A DNA stretch of 64,000 nucleotides from Candidatus Zixiibacteriota bacterium (GCA_050117845.1 JASFLY010000002.1:128001-192000); one strand, 5' to 3'. Positions 36,807 to 45,643 are shown, numbered from the stretch's first letter. Program-made: numbers and translations. The notes: a model not told the origin generated them from the sequence alone.

Positions 36807-37418
36807 GTGAAGAAGGTATTACCCGTAGGGATAGCTGCGCTTTTACTCGTCGTCTTCGCCCTCGCCTGCGGCGACGAGGAGATAACGGAGCCCGACATCC
36901 ATTACCGCGTCTTGCCGACGTCGCCGAAGCAGGTCCTCGTAAACGTCGCGAAGGCCTTCAACCGGCGCGACGCCAACCTCCTCCGCGCGATGCTGAGCGA
37001 GAACTTCGTCTTCTACTTCGATCCGGCGGACGTGGGCCAGACCCCGCCTACGGGCAACTTTATAATACCCGAATCAGTGGGTTATACCGAGTTTTGGTTA
37101 ATGGCGAGGAATATGCTCGAGCTGGCCTACGATATACAACTCGACATCCCGACCGGCGGCGTAGGTAACCCCGAAGAAAGCGCCCAGACCTTCCGGGCCG
37201 AGAACGTTACGATATCGATACTCGTAATGGTCGACGAGCTCAACGGCTACATCGCCGACCGGGGTTACCAGAACTTCGAGTTCGAGAAATATAAAGGCGC
37301 CGAAGGCCACGATTACTGGCGCCTTACCGGCTGGTGGGACCATTCCCACGATTACTTCGACGATTCGGTCGGAGCGTCGCCGGCTACATTCGGTCGCGTT
37401 CTCGCGTTATATCGTTAA
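36807..37418 (+). CDS. Array lipoprotein 10
   Basis: GGGAGG SD, GTG 36807, ALAC-GDEE. Confidence 0.9.
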   Translation: MKKVLPVGIAALLLVVFALACGDEEITEPDIHYRVLPTSPKQVLVNVAKAFNRRDANLLRAMLSENFVFYFDPADVGQTPPTGNFIIPESVGYTEFWLMARNMLELAYDIQLDIPTGGVGNPEESAQTFRAENVTISILVMVDELNGYIADRGYQNFEFEKYKGAEGHDYWRLTGWWDHSHDYFDDSVGASPATFGRVLALYR

Positions 37419-37436
37419 TCCGTTAGGGAGCTATTA

Positions 37437-38039
37437 ATGAAAAAGTTGATAACCGTTCTCGCCGTTATTGCCCTTCTCGCCGTGGCGTGCGGCGACGAGG
37501 AGGTAACGGAACCCGACCTTCACTACCGCGTCCTGCCGACGTCGCCGAAGCAGGTCCTGGTGAACGTCACAACGGCCTTCAACCAGCACGACGCCAACCT
37601 CCTCCGCGCGATGCTCAGCGAGAAATTCGTGTTTTATTTCAACCCCAGCGACGTGGGCCAAAATCCCCCGGGCGGAAGCATGTACGTTATCCCCGAGTCG
37701 TGGAATTATACGGAGTTTTGGCAGGCTCTCAGTATAATGTTCGACCTGGCTTACAGCATCGACCTCGCCATCCCGACCGGGAGTATCGGCGAACCGGCCT
37801 CGGGCGCCGAAACCTACCGGGCCGAGAACGTCACGATCTCCTTATTGGTAATGGTCGACGAACTCAACGGCTACATCGCGAACCAGGGCTACTGCGACTT
37901 CGCGTTCGAGAAATACAAAGGCGCGGACGGCCACGATTACTGGCGCCTTACCGGCTGGTGGGACAACACCGCAATGGCTTATAACGAACCGGCCGCGGGG
38001 GGGACGTCGCTCGGCCGCGTGCTGGCTTTATACTTTTAA
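37437..38039 (+). CDS. Array lipoprotein 11
   Basis: ATG start, AVAC-GDEE. Confidence 0.9.
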   Translation: MKKLITVLAVIALLAVACGDEEVTEPDLHYRVLPTSPKQVLVNVTTAFNQHDANLLRAMLSEKFVFYFNPSDVGQNPPGGSMYVIPESWNYTEFWQALSIMFDLAYSIDLAIPTGSIGEPASGAETYRAENVTISLLVMVDELNGYIANQGYCDFAFEKYKGADGHDYWRLTGWWDNTAMAYNEPAAGGTSLGRVLALYF

Positions 38040-38057
38040 CCCGTAAGGGAGAGGTGA

Positions 38058-38657
38058 ATGAAAAAGCTAATAACCGCCGCCGCTCTGCTGGCCCTCCTCG
38101 TCGCCGCCTGCGACGACGGGCCGGACGAAGAACCGGAACAAGGGGAAGTCGTTAACGCGATGCCCTCGGGCGTCCTCACGAACATCAGCGTGTCCTTTAA
38201 TCGCCGGGACGTCGAAATCGTCGAAGGGGCCCTGGGGCCGGCCTTCACCTTTTATTTCAGTCCTGAAGACGTGGGCCAGAACCCGCCGGGCGGCAGTAAC
38301 TACGTCATTCCCGAGTCCTGGGGATATACGGAATTCCGCCTTGCCGTGGCGAGGATGTTCCGCAAGGCGTACTCCATCGACCTGGCGATTCCGACCGGGA
38401 GTATAGGCGGACCGGCCTCGGGCGCCGAGACCTACCGCGCCGAGAACGTAACGATATCGCTTCTCGTCATGGTCGACGAACTCAACGGCTTCATCGCGAA
38501 CCAGGGCTATTGCGACTTCGCGTTCGAGAAGTACAAAGGCGCCGACGGCCGCGATTACTGGCGACTGACCGGCTGGTGGGACAACACCGCATCGGCCTAC
38601 GACGAACCGGCAGTGGCACCGACGTCGCTCGGCCGCGTACTCGCCGTATTTAATTAA
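38058..38657 (+). CDS. Array lipoprotein 12
   Basis: ATG start, VAAC-DDG. Confidence 0.9.
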   Translation: MKKLITAAALLALLVAACDDGPDEEPEQGEVVNAMPSGVLTNISVSFNRRDVEIVEGALGPAFTFYFSPEDVGQNPPGGSNYVIPESWGYTEFRLAVARMFRKAYSIDLAIPTGSIGGPASGAETYRAENVTISLLVMVDELNGFIANQGYCDFAFEKYKGADGRDYWRLTGWWDNTASAYDEPAVAPTSLGRVLAVFN

Positions 38658-38674
38658 CCCTCCGGGAGAGGTGA

Positions 38675-39256
38675 ATGAAAAAGCTGATAATCGCCGCCGC
38701 TCTGCTGGCCCTCCTTGTCGCCGCCTGCGACGACGGCCCCGACGAAACGGAAGAGCTGGCTGCCGAGGCCACGACGCCGGCCCTGGCCATTAACAACGTT
38801 ACGGTATCGTTCAACTCCCGCGACGTGGCCTACCTCGAGCGCGTCATGGCGGGGGAGTTCGTCTTCCATTTCAACCCGGACGACGTGGGCCAGAACCCGC
38901 CGGGCGGCAGTAACTACGTTATCCCTGAGTCCTGGGGGTATGCCGAGTTCCGCTATGTTATACTTCGGATGTATAAAAGCGCTTACTCCATCGACCTGGC
39001 GATCCCGACCGGGAGCATCGGCGAACCGGCGGAAAGCGCCGAGATATACCGCGCCGAGAACGTAACGATATCCTTTCTCGTGATGATAGACGAGCTTAAC
39101 GGCTACATCGCGAACCAGGGCTATTGCGTTTTCGAGTTCGAGAAGTACTACGAGAACGGCGAAGGCCGGTGGCGCCTTACCGGCTGGTGGGACAATACCG
39201 CAACGGCCTGCGACGAACCGACGTCGGTCGGGCGTATCCTGGCGCATTTCAGGTGA
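38675..39256 (+). CDS. Array lipoprotein 13
   Basis: ATG start, VAAC-DDG. Confidence 0.9.
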   Translation: MKKLIIAAALLALLVAACDDGPDETEELAAEATTPALAINNVTVSFNSRDVAYLERVMAGEFVFHFNPDDVGQNPPGGSNYVIPESWGYAEFRYVILRMYKSAYSIDLAIPTGSIGEPAESAEIYRAENVTISFLVMIDELNGYIANQGYCVFEFEKYYENGEGRWRLTGWWDNTATACDEPTSVGRILAHFR

Positions 39257-39260
39257 TCGT

Positions 39261-40556
39261 ATGAAACGTATAACTTTAACCGTATTGGGGTTGGCGGTGC
39301 TGGCCCTGGCGGCCTCGGCCTCGGCGGCCGAAGCCCCCCTCGTCCGGCACCTCAAGATAGAGGGCGTCGTCAGCCCCATCATGGCGGAGTTCATCGTCGA
39401 CGGAATAAACGACGCGGAAGAGGACGGCGCGTCGCTGGTCGTGATTTCCCTCGACACCCCCGGCGGCCTGGACCCCTCCATGCGAAAGATTATCAAGAAG
39501 ATCCTCGCGTCCCGGGTACCGGTGGCCGTTTACGTGTCGCCGCCGGGAGGCCGGGCCGCGAGCGCCGGGACCTTCATCGCGATGGCGGCCCACGTCGCCG
39601 CGATGGCGCCCAACACCTCCATCGGCGCCGCCCACCCCGTGACGCTCGGCATGGGCGGCGAGGGCGCCGACGAGACCATGACCGAGAAGATAACCAACGA
39701 CGCGGTCTCCTACATCAAGAGCCTGGCCCGGCGGCGGGGCCGGAACGAGGACTGGGCCGAGCGCGCCGTCCGCAAGTCGGCCTCGCTCAACGCCGAGGAC
39801 GCCGTCGCCGAGAACGTCGTGGACTTCGTGGCCGAGGACCTGGGCGACCTGTTGAAGAAGGTCGACGGCCGGAAGGTCAAGGTCGCGAACTGCCCCATGA
39901 CCATCAACGTCAAGGGCGCCCGCGTCGAGGAGGAGACGCCCGACATCCGCGAGCGCTTCCTCGCCGTCGTGACCGACCCCAACGTCGCGTACATCCTGCT
40001 TATAATCGGCTTCTACGGCATCATCTTCGAGCTGTCCAACCCCGGCTCCATCCTGCCGGGCGTGGCGGGCGGCATCTGCATAATCCTCGCCTTCTACGCG
40101 TTGTCCACGCTGCCCGTCAACTACGCCGGCCTGGCACTAATCATCTTCGCGATAATCCTCTTCATCGCGGAGGTCAAAGTAACCAGCAAAGGCCTCCTCG
40201 CCGTCGGAGGTACGTTATCGATGTTACTCGGTTCAATATTGCTGATAGACACGCCCGCCACCTACATAAAAATATCCTGGACCGTAATCGTCCCGGCGGT
40301 CGTAACGACCGTACTCTTCTTCCTCTTCGCCGTCGGCATGGGCCTTCGCGCCCAGAAGCGCAAGCCCACCACCGGCGAGAAGGGGATGCTGGGGGCCCGC
40401 GGCCGGGCGGTAACCGCCGTGGGACCGGGGGGGGGCCAGGTCTTCGTCCACGGAGAATACTGGCAGGCCACGTCCATCGAGGAAGTCCCCGAGGGCGCCG
40501 CGGTCGAGGTGATCCGGGCCGAAGGGCTGGGCGTCGAAGTCCGACGGGCGTCCTAG
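39261..40556 (+). CDS. nfeD: Long-form NfeD (ClpP-class serine protease, membrane domain, OB domain)
   Basis: LDTPGG, RAASAGTFI, AMAPNTSIGAAHPV, EKITND, VHGEYW. Confidence 0.93.
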   Translation: MKRITLTVLGLAVLALAASASAAEAPLVRHLKIEGVVSPIMAEFIVDGINDAEEDGASLVVISLDTPGGLDPSMRKIIKKILASRVPVAVYVSPPGGRAASAGTFIAMAAHVAAMAPNTSIGAAHPVTLGMGGEGADETMTEKITNDAVSYIKSLARRRGRNEDWAERAVRKSASLNAEDAVAENVVDFVAEDLGDLLKKVDGRKVKVANCPMTINVKGARVEEETPDIRERFLAVVTDPNVAYILLIIGFYGIIFELSNPGSILPGVAGGICIILAFYALSTLPVNYAGLALIIFAIILFIAEVKVTSKGLLAVGGTLSMLLGSILLIDTPATYIKISWTVIVPAVVTTVLFFLFAVGMGLRAQKRKPTTGEKGMLGARGRAVTAVGPGGGQVFVHGEYWQATSIEEVPEGAAVEVIRAEGLGVEVRRAS

Positions 40557-40585
40557 GGCCTCCCGCGAAGGCGCAGGGATAACAC

Positions 40586-41308
40586 ATGGCCCACCTCCAC
40601 GTCCCCGACGGCGTCCTCCCGTTCTACCTGTGGGCGGTGGGATACGCCGTCGTCGCCCTCGGCCTCATCGCCCTCTGGGTTAAATTCCGGCGGGCGGGCG
40701 ATTTACGCTCCTTCGCCCGTGCCGGCTTCTTCGCCGCGTTGACCGTCGTCGCGATGTCCTTCCACATCGCGCCGCTCGGATACCACCTCAACCTCGTGGC
40801 CCTGGCCGGCATCGTGGCGGGGCCGTTGCCCGCGCTACTCGCCTGCCTCTTCGCCAACGTCATCCTGGCGCTGTTGGGCCACGGCGGCATTACGGTCGTC
40901 GGCCTGAACACCATCACGCTCGGCGCGGAGGCGCTGGTCGCGTTCGCGGCCTTTCGGGCGGGCCGCTTCATCCGGCCCACCTGGCCCCGGGCCTTCGTCG
41001 CGACGGTGCTGGCGCTGGCGGCGAGCACGACGATCGCGTACGTCGTCGTCGTAACGGGGATGGACGACCTGGGCGGCGTGGTGGAGCGGGGACGCGGCCT
41101 CGTCGACGTTCACCTCCCGTCCGTCGGCGAGCACGCCGGCGAACGCCACGAACACGAAGCCGAGGCGCCCGCGGGCGACGTATCGCCGGGGCGGCTCGCG
41201 ATACTCTTCTACGGCCTGGGAGCCGTCGGCTGGCTTATCGAGGGGGCCGTAACGGCCACGGTGGCGGCCTATCTCAAGAAGGCGGCGCCCCGCCTTATCG
41301 CGTCCTGA
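40586..41308 (+). CDS. cbiM: ECF Co/Ni transporter S component (CbiM/NikM family)
   Basis: HLHVPDG N-terminus, HGGITVVGLN, His-rich loop. Confidence 0.85.
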   Translation: MAHLHVPDGVLPFYLWAVGYAVVALGLIALWVKFRRAGDLRSFARAGFFAALTVVAMSFHIAPLGYHLNLVALAGIVAGPLPALLACLFANVILALLGHGGITVVGLNTITLGAEALVAFAAFRAGRFIRPTWPRAFVATVLALAASTTIAYVVVVTGMDDLGGVVERGRGLVDVHLPSVGEHAGERHEHEAEAPAGDVSPGRLAILFYGLGAVGWLIEGAVTATVAAYLKKAAPRLIAS

Positions 41309-41312
41309 CGCT

Positions 41313-41930
41313 ATGTTCTTCGAAGACCTCGACTACTGGGCGACGAGCGGCCGCGGCTGGCTTCACCGCGTCCCGCCCGTCGTGAAGCTGTTGTGGCTTG
41401 CGGCCGAGGTGGCGGCGCTGGTCCTCGTCTTCGATTTCGTCTTCTACGCCGCCCTGTACGTCGTGCTGGTAGCTTTCCTTTTAACGTCGCGGGTGCCGGC
41501 GCGACGTATTTTGCTCGCCTCGGCATACCCTTTGATATTCCTGGCGCTGGTGTTTCTAAGCGTCCGCGGCCTGGACCTCTTCGCGATCCTCTATTTCTCG
41601 GTCCGCGTCATGGCGGTCGCGCTCACGGTGCTGCTAATCGCGGCCACGACGCCTTTCCCGCGCCTTCTGGGGGCGGTTCGCTTCCTGCCGAAGTTCATCG
41701 CGGCCGGCCTCTTTCTGACCTACCGGGCGATATTCATCCTCGCGGACGTCGCCCGGGACGTGCGCACGGCCTATCGCCTACGGGGCGCCCCGGGATGGCG
41801 GCGGCCCCGCCGCTTCATCGTCAACACCGGCCGGGCGGTCGGATTTATCGTACTGGCCGCGCTGGAGCGCTCCGAAAACGCCGCCGCCGCCCTGCGAGTT
41901 CGAGGTTTCAATGGCCGAATCTACCTCTGA
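41313..41930 (+). CDS. cbiQ: ECF transporter T component
   Basis: LHRVPPVVK, TYRAI, LRG, ERSE..LRVRGF. Confidence 0.85.
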   Translation: MFFEDLDYWATSGRGWLHRVPPVVKLLWLAAEVAALVLVFDFVFYAALYVVLVAFLLTSRVPARRILLASAYPLIFLALVFLSVRGLDLFAILYFSVRVMAVALTVLLIAATTPFPRLLGAVRFLPKFIAAGLFLTYRAIFILADVARDVRTAYRLRGAPGWRRPRRFIVNTGRAVGFIVLAALERSENAAAALRVRGFNGRIYL

Positions 41931-42681
41931 CGCCATAGTATCGGTTAAATGCGTCCGGCACGTCTATCCCGACCGGACGGAAGTGGGCATCTGCGGCCTG
42001 GACTTCGACATCCCGGCCGGCGAGGCCGTCGCGGTCCTGGGCCCCAACGGCTGCGGCAAAACCACTCTCCTCAAGCACATCCTCGGGATGCTCGAGCCGG
42101 TGGAGGGCGAGGTCCGCGTGTTCGGCATAGACCCGGCCCGCGATTTCGGCCGCCTCGTAGGCCGGATCGGCGTCGTCCTCCAAAACGTCGAGGAGCAGAT
42201 CCTCGGGCCCACCGTCTACGACGACGTGGCCTTCACGCCCCGCAACCTCGGCTGGCCCGCCGCCAAGGTCAAAGGCCGCGTCGAGGCCGTGCTCGAAGCC
42301 CTGCGCATAACGGCCCTCGCCCCCAAAGTCGTCCATTACCTGTCCGGCGGCGAGAAGAAGCTGGTCGCGCTCGCCGGGGCCCTGGTGACCTCGCCCGAGC
42401 TGCTCGTCCTCGACGAGCCCTTCGAGTGGCTGGACGTGAAGGCCCGCGACCACGTCATTTCGCACTTAAAAAACTTGCATCGGGGCGGCGAACTTACTAT
42501 TATTTTAGCCACACACGAGGCCGTGGCGGCCCGGGCGCTGGCCACGTTCGCGTATTTGATGAAAACGGGAGGGGAACTGGGCGCCGCCGGGCCGATGCCG
42601 GACCTGTTGGACCGGGCGGACCTGGATGAATATAACCTCATACCGTACGAGGAACATTACCCGGCGCCGGACCGTCAGTAA
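41911..42681 (+). CDS. cbiO: ECF transporter ATPase
   Basis: GPNGCGKTT, PTVYDDVAF, LSGGEKK, LVLDEP. Confidence 0.9.
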   Translation: MAESTSDAIVSVKCVRHVYPDRTEVGICGLDFDIPAGEAVAVLGPNGCGKTTLLKHILGMLEPVEGEVRVFGIDPARDFGRLVGRIGVVLQNVEEQILGPTVYDDVAFTPRNLGWPAAKVKGRVEAVLEALRITALAPKVVHYLSGGEKKLVALAGALVTSPELLVLDEPFEWLDVKARDHVISHLKNLHRGGELTIILATHEAVAARALATFAYLMKTGGELGAAGPMPDLLDRADLDEYNLIPYEEHYPAPDRQ

Positions 42682-42745
42682 AGAGGCGGCCTGAACGCCG
42701 GCGAAATAAAGGCTCCACCCTAACTGCGCCACCAAGGAGGAAGAC

Positions 42746-43453
42746 ATGTTACGAAGGACGGTAATCGTACTGGCCGCGGCCGCGCTATCCGCGACGCTGG
42801 CGGCGGCTCAGGACCATTCGTACGTCGTCGGAGGCGCGTTCGGCGCCGCCTCGTACGAGGCGTTCGCCATCGCCGGCGGCCAGCTCGAACGCGAGTACAA
42901 CGTGGGCTTCCATATGGGCGCCGATGTCCAGAAAAACGCCGGCCGGGCGACCCACCTGTTCAACTTCGACTATTTCTCGACCCAAAGTTACGCCGGTTAC
43001 GTCCCTATTAAAATATTCGAGTTCACGTACGGCGTGCCCATCTACTTGACAGACGGCGCGCTCCGACCCGCCGTCCAGCCCTTCTTCGGTACCCGTTTCG
43101 CGACCAGCGGGGCCGGCGGCTCGCAGGGCCACCTCGGCATCATGGGCGGCGTCCGCTTCAAACCGTCGCCCACCAGATGCGTCTTCTCGGACGTCTACGC
43201 CGGGTGGCGCGGCCGCTTCGGCAGCCTCCCCTTCGAATACGACGCGGTCCCCGGCGACGAGGAACCCGCCTGGGAGAACGGTTTCGTCTTTCGTAACGCG
43301 AACACCATCGAAATATTCCTGCCGCTCTGTATTTACATTACGGCCGCGGTCGACTACGACTTCCACGACGTCGGCTCGAGTTCGCCCGGATTCGAGAACG
43401 AGAGCCGTAAGCCCGTATTCAGCGGCGGCTTCGGACCCGCTTTCTACTTCTGA
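42746..43453 (+). CDS. Exported hypothetical protein, probable small OM beta-barrel
   Basis: AAGGAGG SD, signal peptide, amphipathic strands, ends FGPAFYF. Confidence 0.65.
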   Translation: MLRRTVIVLAAAALSATLAAAQDHSYVVGGAFGAASYEAFAIAGGQLEREYNVGFHMGADVQKNAGRATHLFNFDYFSTQSYAGYVPIKIFEFTYGVPIYLTDGALRPAVQPFFGTRFATSGAGGSQGHLGIMGGVRFKPSPTRCVFSDVYAGWRGRFGSLPFEYDAVPGDEEPAWENGFVFRNANTIEIFLPLCIYITAAVDYDFHDVGSSSPGFENESRKPVFSGGFGPAFYF

Positions 43454-43473
43454 TCCGAACGAGGGAGGCGGAA

Positions 43474-44163
43474 TTGCGTATACTGATTATCGCGCTTGCG
43501 GTGATGGCCGCGGCGGCGTGGCCGGCCGATGACGCAGGTTCGGCCGAAGAGACGGAACCCTCGGTACCCGCGGGAAACTTAATAGGCTACCGTATATGCC
43601 CCCAATGCCATACGATAAACCCGCCCGACGCGTCGTATTGTATGGCGTGCGGTGCGCCCCTCGGCGTGCAGGGGGAAACGGCCTGGCGCCGGACGCCCAC
43701 TACTATGGCTCCCGAACTAATCCTCTGGTATAGCTCCGCGTCCGTCGGCGTCGTTACGGCGTACGACGGCGGCCGGTGGGCTAACGAACTCTCGCTGGCC
43801 GCGGTCTACGACTTCGACGATATAGAAGGGGGTTCCGTCGCCGATAAGCTCCATTTCTATTTTACCAGAAGACGCCTCCGCCCCTTTATATCGATCGAAC
43901 CGTATTTAATAATAACGGACGGCAACGATCCGAGGGGCGCGTTATCTATCAGCGGCGGCGTCCGTTACGGGTACGGCCCGTACGGCTCGTACGTGTACGC
44001 GGGGGTCGGCGCGGGCGCTTATTTTTACGAAGACGGCGTCAGCCCCCGTAGTAGAATAAACGCCCGCCTTCTGCACCTCTTCACCCCTCACTTCGGCATC
44101 GGCGGCTCGATTAACGGATTGTGCTGGTCCGGGTTAACGGTAGGACCCTCTTTCGCCTTCTGA
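43474..44163 (+). CDS. Exported zinc-ribbon plus probable OM beta-barrel protein
   Basis: Signal peptide, CPQC-x9-YCMAC, ends VGPSFAF. Confidence 0.65.
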   Translation: MRILIIALAVMAAAAWPADDAGSAEETEPSVPAGNLIGYRICPQCHTINPPDASYCMACGAPLGVQGETAWRRTPTTMAPELILWYSSASVGVVTAYDGGRWANELSLAAVYDFDDIEGGSVADKLHFYFTRRRLRPFISIEPYLIITDGNDPRGALSISGGVRYGYGPYGSYVYAGVGAGAYFYEDGVSPRSRINARLLHLFTPHFGIGGSINGLCWSGLTVGPSFAF

Positions 44164-44192
44164 CAAGGCACTCGCTCGGACGCCCCCCTCGT

Positions 44193-45590
44193 ATGCAACC
44201 TGATTACCTCTTAATCGACACCCACGTCCACCTCGAACACGACGACTACGCCGCCGACGTCGACGACGTGGTAGGCCGGGGCCGGGGGGCCGGCGTCCGT
44301 TACATGGTCGTGCCCGTGTGCGCGGCCGCCGATACCGCCCGGGGCCTCGAGCTCAGCCGTCGCCACGAGGAAGTCTACTTCGCCGCGGCCCTCCACCCCA
44401 ACTGCGGCCTGCGCCTCGACGACGCCGAGGCGGCCGGCATCGAAGCGGCCCTGCGGGAAGGCAAAAAAGAAGGCCGGGCCGTCGCCGTGGGCGAATGCGG
44501 CCTCGATTACCACTATATGGCCGTGCCCCGCGACGAGCAGGTCGCCGCCCTCCGCTGGCACCTCGACCTCGCCCGCGACCTCGATTTGCCGATAATCATT
44601 CACCAGCGCGAGGCCGAGGACGACGTTCGCGCGGCGCTCGACGACGCCGGACCGCCGCCCCGGGGCGCCGTCCTCCATTGCTTCGGCGGCAGCCGCGACT
44701 ACTACCGCTGGGCCCGGGACCTCGGCCTGTACGTCTCGTTCACCGGAAACGTTACGTTCAAGCGCAGCGTCGCCGAACCGCCGGCCTTCGCCTCCGACCT
44801 CGACCTGGGCCGGGCGATGCTCGAGACCGACGGCCCCTACATGACGCCGGTCCCCCACCGGGGAAAACGGAACGAACCGGCCTATCTCCCCCTAGTCGCC
44901 GCCGGCGTGGCCGCGGCCTTCGGCCGGGCCGAGGACGACGTCCGCGCCGAGACGACTTTGGCCGCGCGGCGCTTCTTCGGCCTGCCGGCCGACTTCGGCG
45001 GCGTTGTGGCGTACCGGCTTCGCGATTCGCTCTACCTAAACCTCACCAACCGCTGCACCAACGATTGCGCATTCTGCGTCCGCAATTTCGCGGCCGGCGT
45101 CGGCGGACACGACCTGCGCCTGCGGATGGAACCGACGGCCGAGGAGGTTCTACGGGAAGTGGGCGACCCGGCCACGTACGACGAAGTGGTCTTCTGCGGC
45201 TACGGCGAACCGACGGTCCGGTGGGAAACGGTGAAGGAAGTGGCGCGGGGCCTCAAGGCGAGGGGGGCGCGTGTCCGCCTCAATACGAACGGCTCGGCCA
45301 ACCTGACGGCGGGAAGGGACGTCACGGCCGAAATGGCCGGCCTCTTCGACCGGGTTTCGGTCAGCGCCAACGCCGCGGACGAGGCCGCGTACGTCAGCCT
45401 ATGCCGGCCGGCCGCCGGGGCCGACGCGTGGCGCGCGCTCGAGGGTTTCGTCGCGGGCGTGAAGCGATACGTGCCCGAGGTCGTCATTACGGCCGTCGCC
45501 GGAGACGCCTTCTCGCCCGAAGCCATGGAAGACCTCGCCCGGCGCTGGGGCGTCCCCTTCCGGCTGCGCGGCGCCGGCAGCCGTAAATAA
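44193..45590 (+). CDS. tatD: TatD-family DNase fused to a TatD-associated radical SAM domain
   Basis: IDTHVH, GECGLD, IIHQR, LHCF, ETDGPY..P; then YLNLTNRCTNDCAFC, FCGYGEP, RLNTNG. Confidence 0.92.
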   Translation: MQPDYLLIDTHVHLEHDDYAADVDDVVGRGRGAGVRYMVVPVCAAADTARGLELSRRHEEVYFAAALHPNCGLRLDDAEAAGIEAALREGKKEGRAVAVGECGLDYHYMAVPRDEQVAALRWHLDLARDLDLPIIIHQREAEDDVRAALDDAGPPPRGAVLHCFGGSRDYYRWARDLGLYVSFTGNVTFKRSVAEPPAFASDLDLGRAMLETDGPYMTPVPHRGKRNEPAYLPLVAAGVAAAFGRAEDDVRAETTLAARRFFGLPADFGGVVAYRLRDSLYLNLTNRCTNDCAFCVRNFAAGVGGHDLRLRMEPTAEEVLREVGDPATYDEVVFCGYGEPTVRWETVKEVARGLKARGARVRLNTNGSANLTAGRDVTAEMAGLFDRVSVSANAADEAAYVSLCRPAAGADAWRALEGFVAGVKRYVPEVVITAVAGDAFSPEAMEDLARRWGVPFRLRGAGSRK

Positions 45591-45591
45591 C

Positions 45592-45625
45592 GAAAAAAAG
45601 CCGCCGGTAGCCGGCGGCTTTCTTT
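45592..45625. terminator. Bidirectional intrinsic terminator
   Basis: AAAAAAAGCCGCCGG-TAG-CCGGCGGCTTTCTTT. Confidence 0.85.
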
Positions 45626-45643
45626 ATCATCTTTATTCAGGCC

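Larger units (their letters stand above)
31276..39256 (+). repeat. Tandem array of 13 paralogous ~200-aa lipoprotein genes
   Basis: Period ~610 bp; shared motifs DVGQNPPGG, IPESW, AYSIDL, VMxDELNGYIA, FEFEKY, WRLTGWWD, SLGRVLA. Confidence 0.97.

Noticed and set aside
31780..39195. WRLTGWWD as the acceptor for the DPY19-like enzyme
   Set aside because: The spacing is WxxxxWW, not the WxxW/C consensus, and it looks like a structural core strand.
31276..39256. Lipoprotein array as a DGR, shufflon or integron cassette array
   Set aside because: No reverse transcriptase or TR/VR pair with adenine-specific changes, no invertase or inverted sites, and the 5-21 nt spacers are too short for attC sites; no integrase.
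40557..40585. Cobalamin or NiCo riboswitch upstream of cbiM
   Set aside because: The intergenic gap is only 29 nt.
44193..45590. TatD-radical SAM fusion as a novelty
   Set aside because: This fusion and gene pairing is an already recognised architecture in anaerobes.
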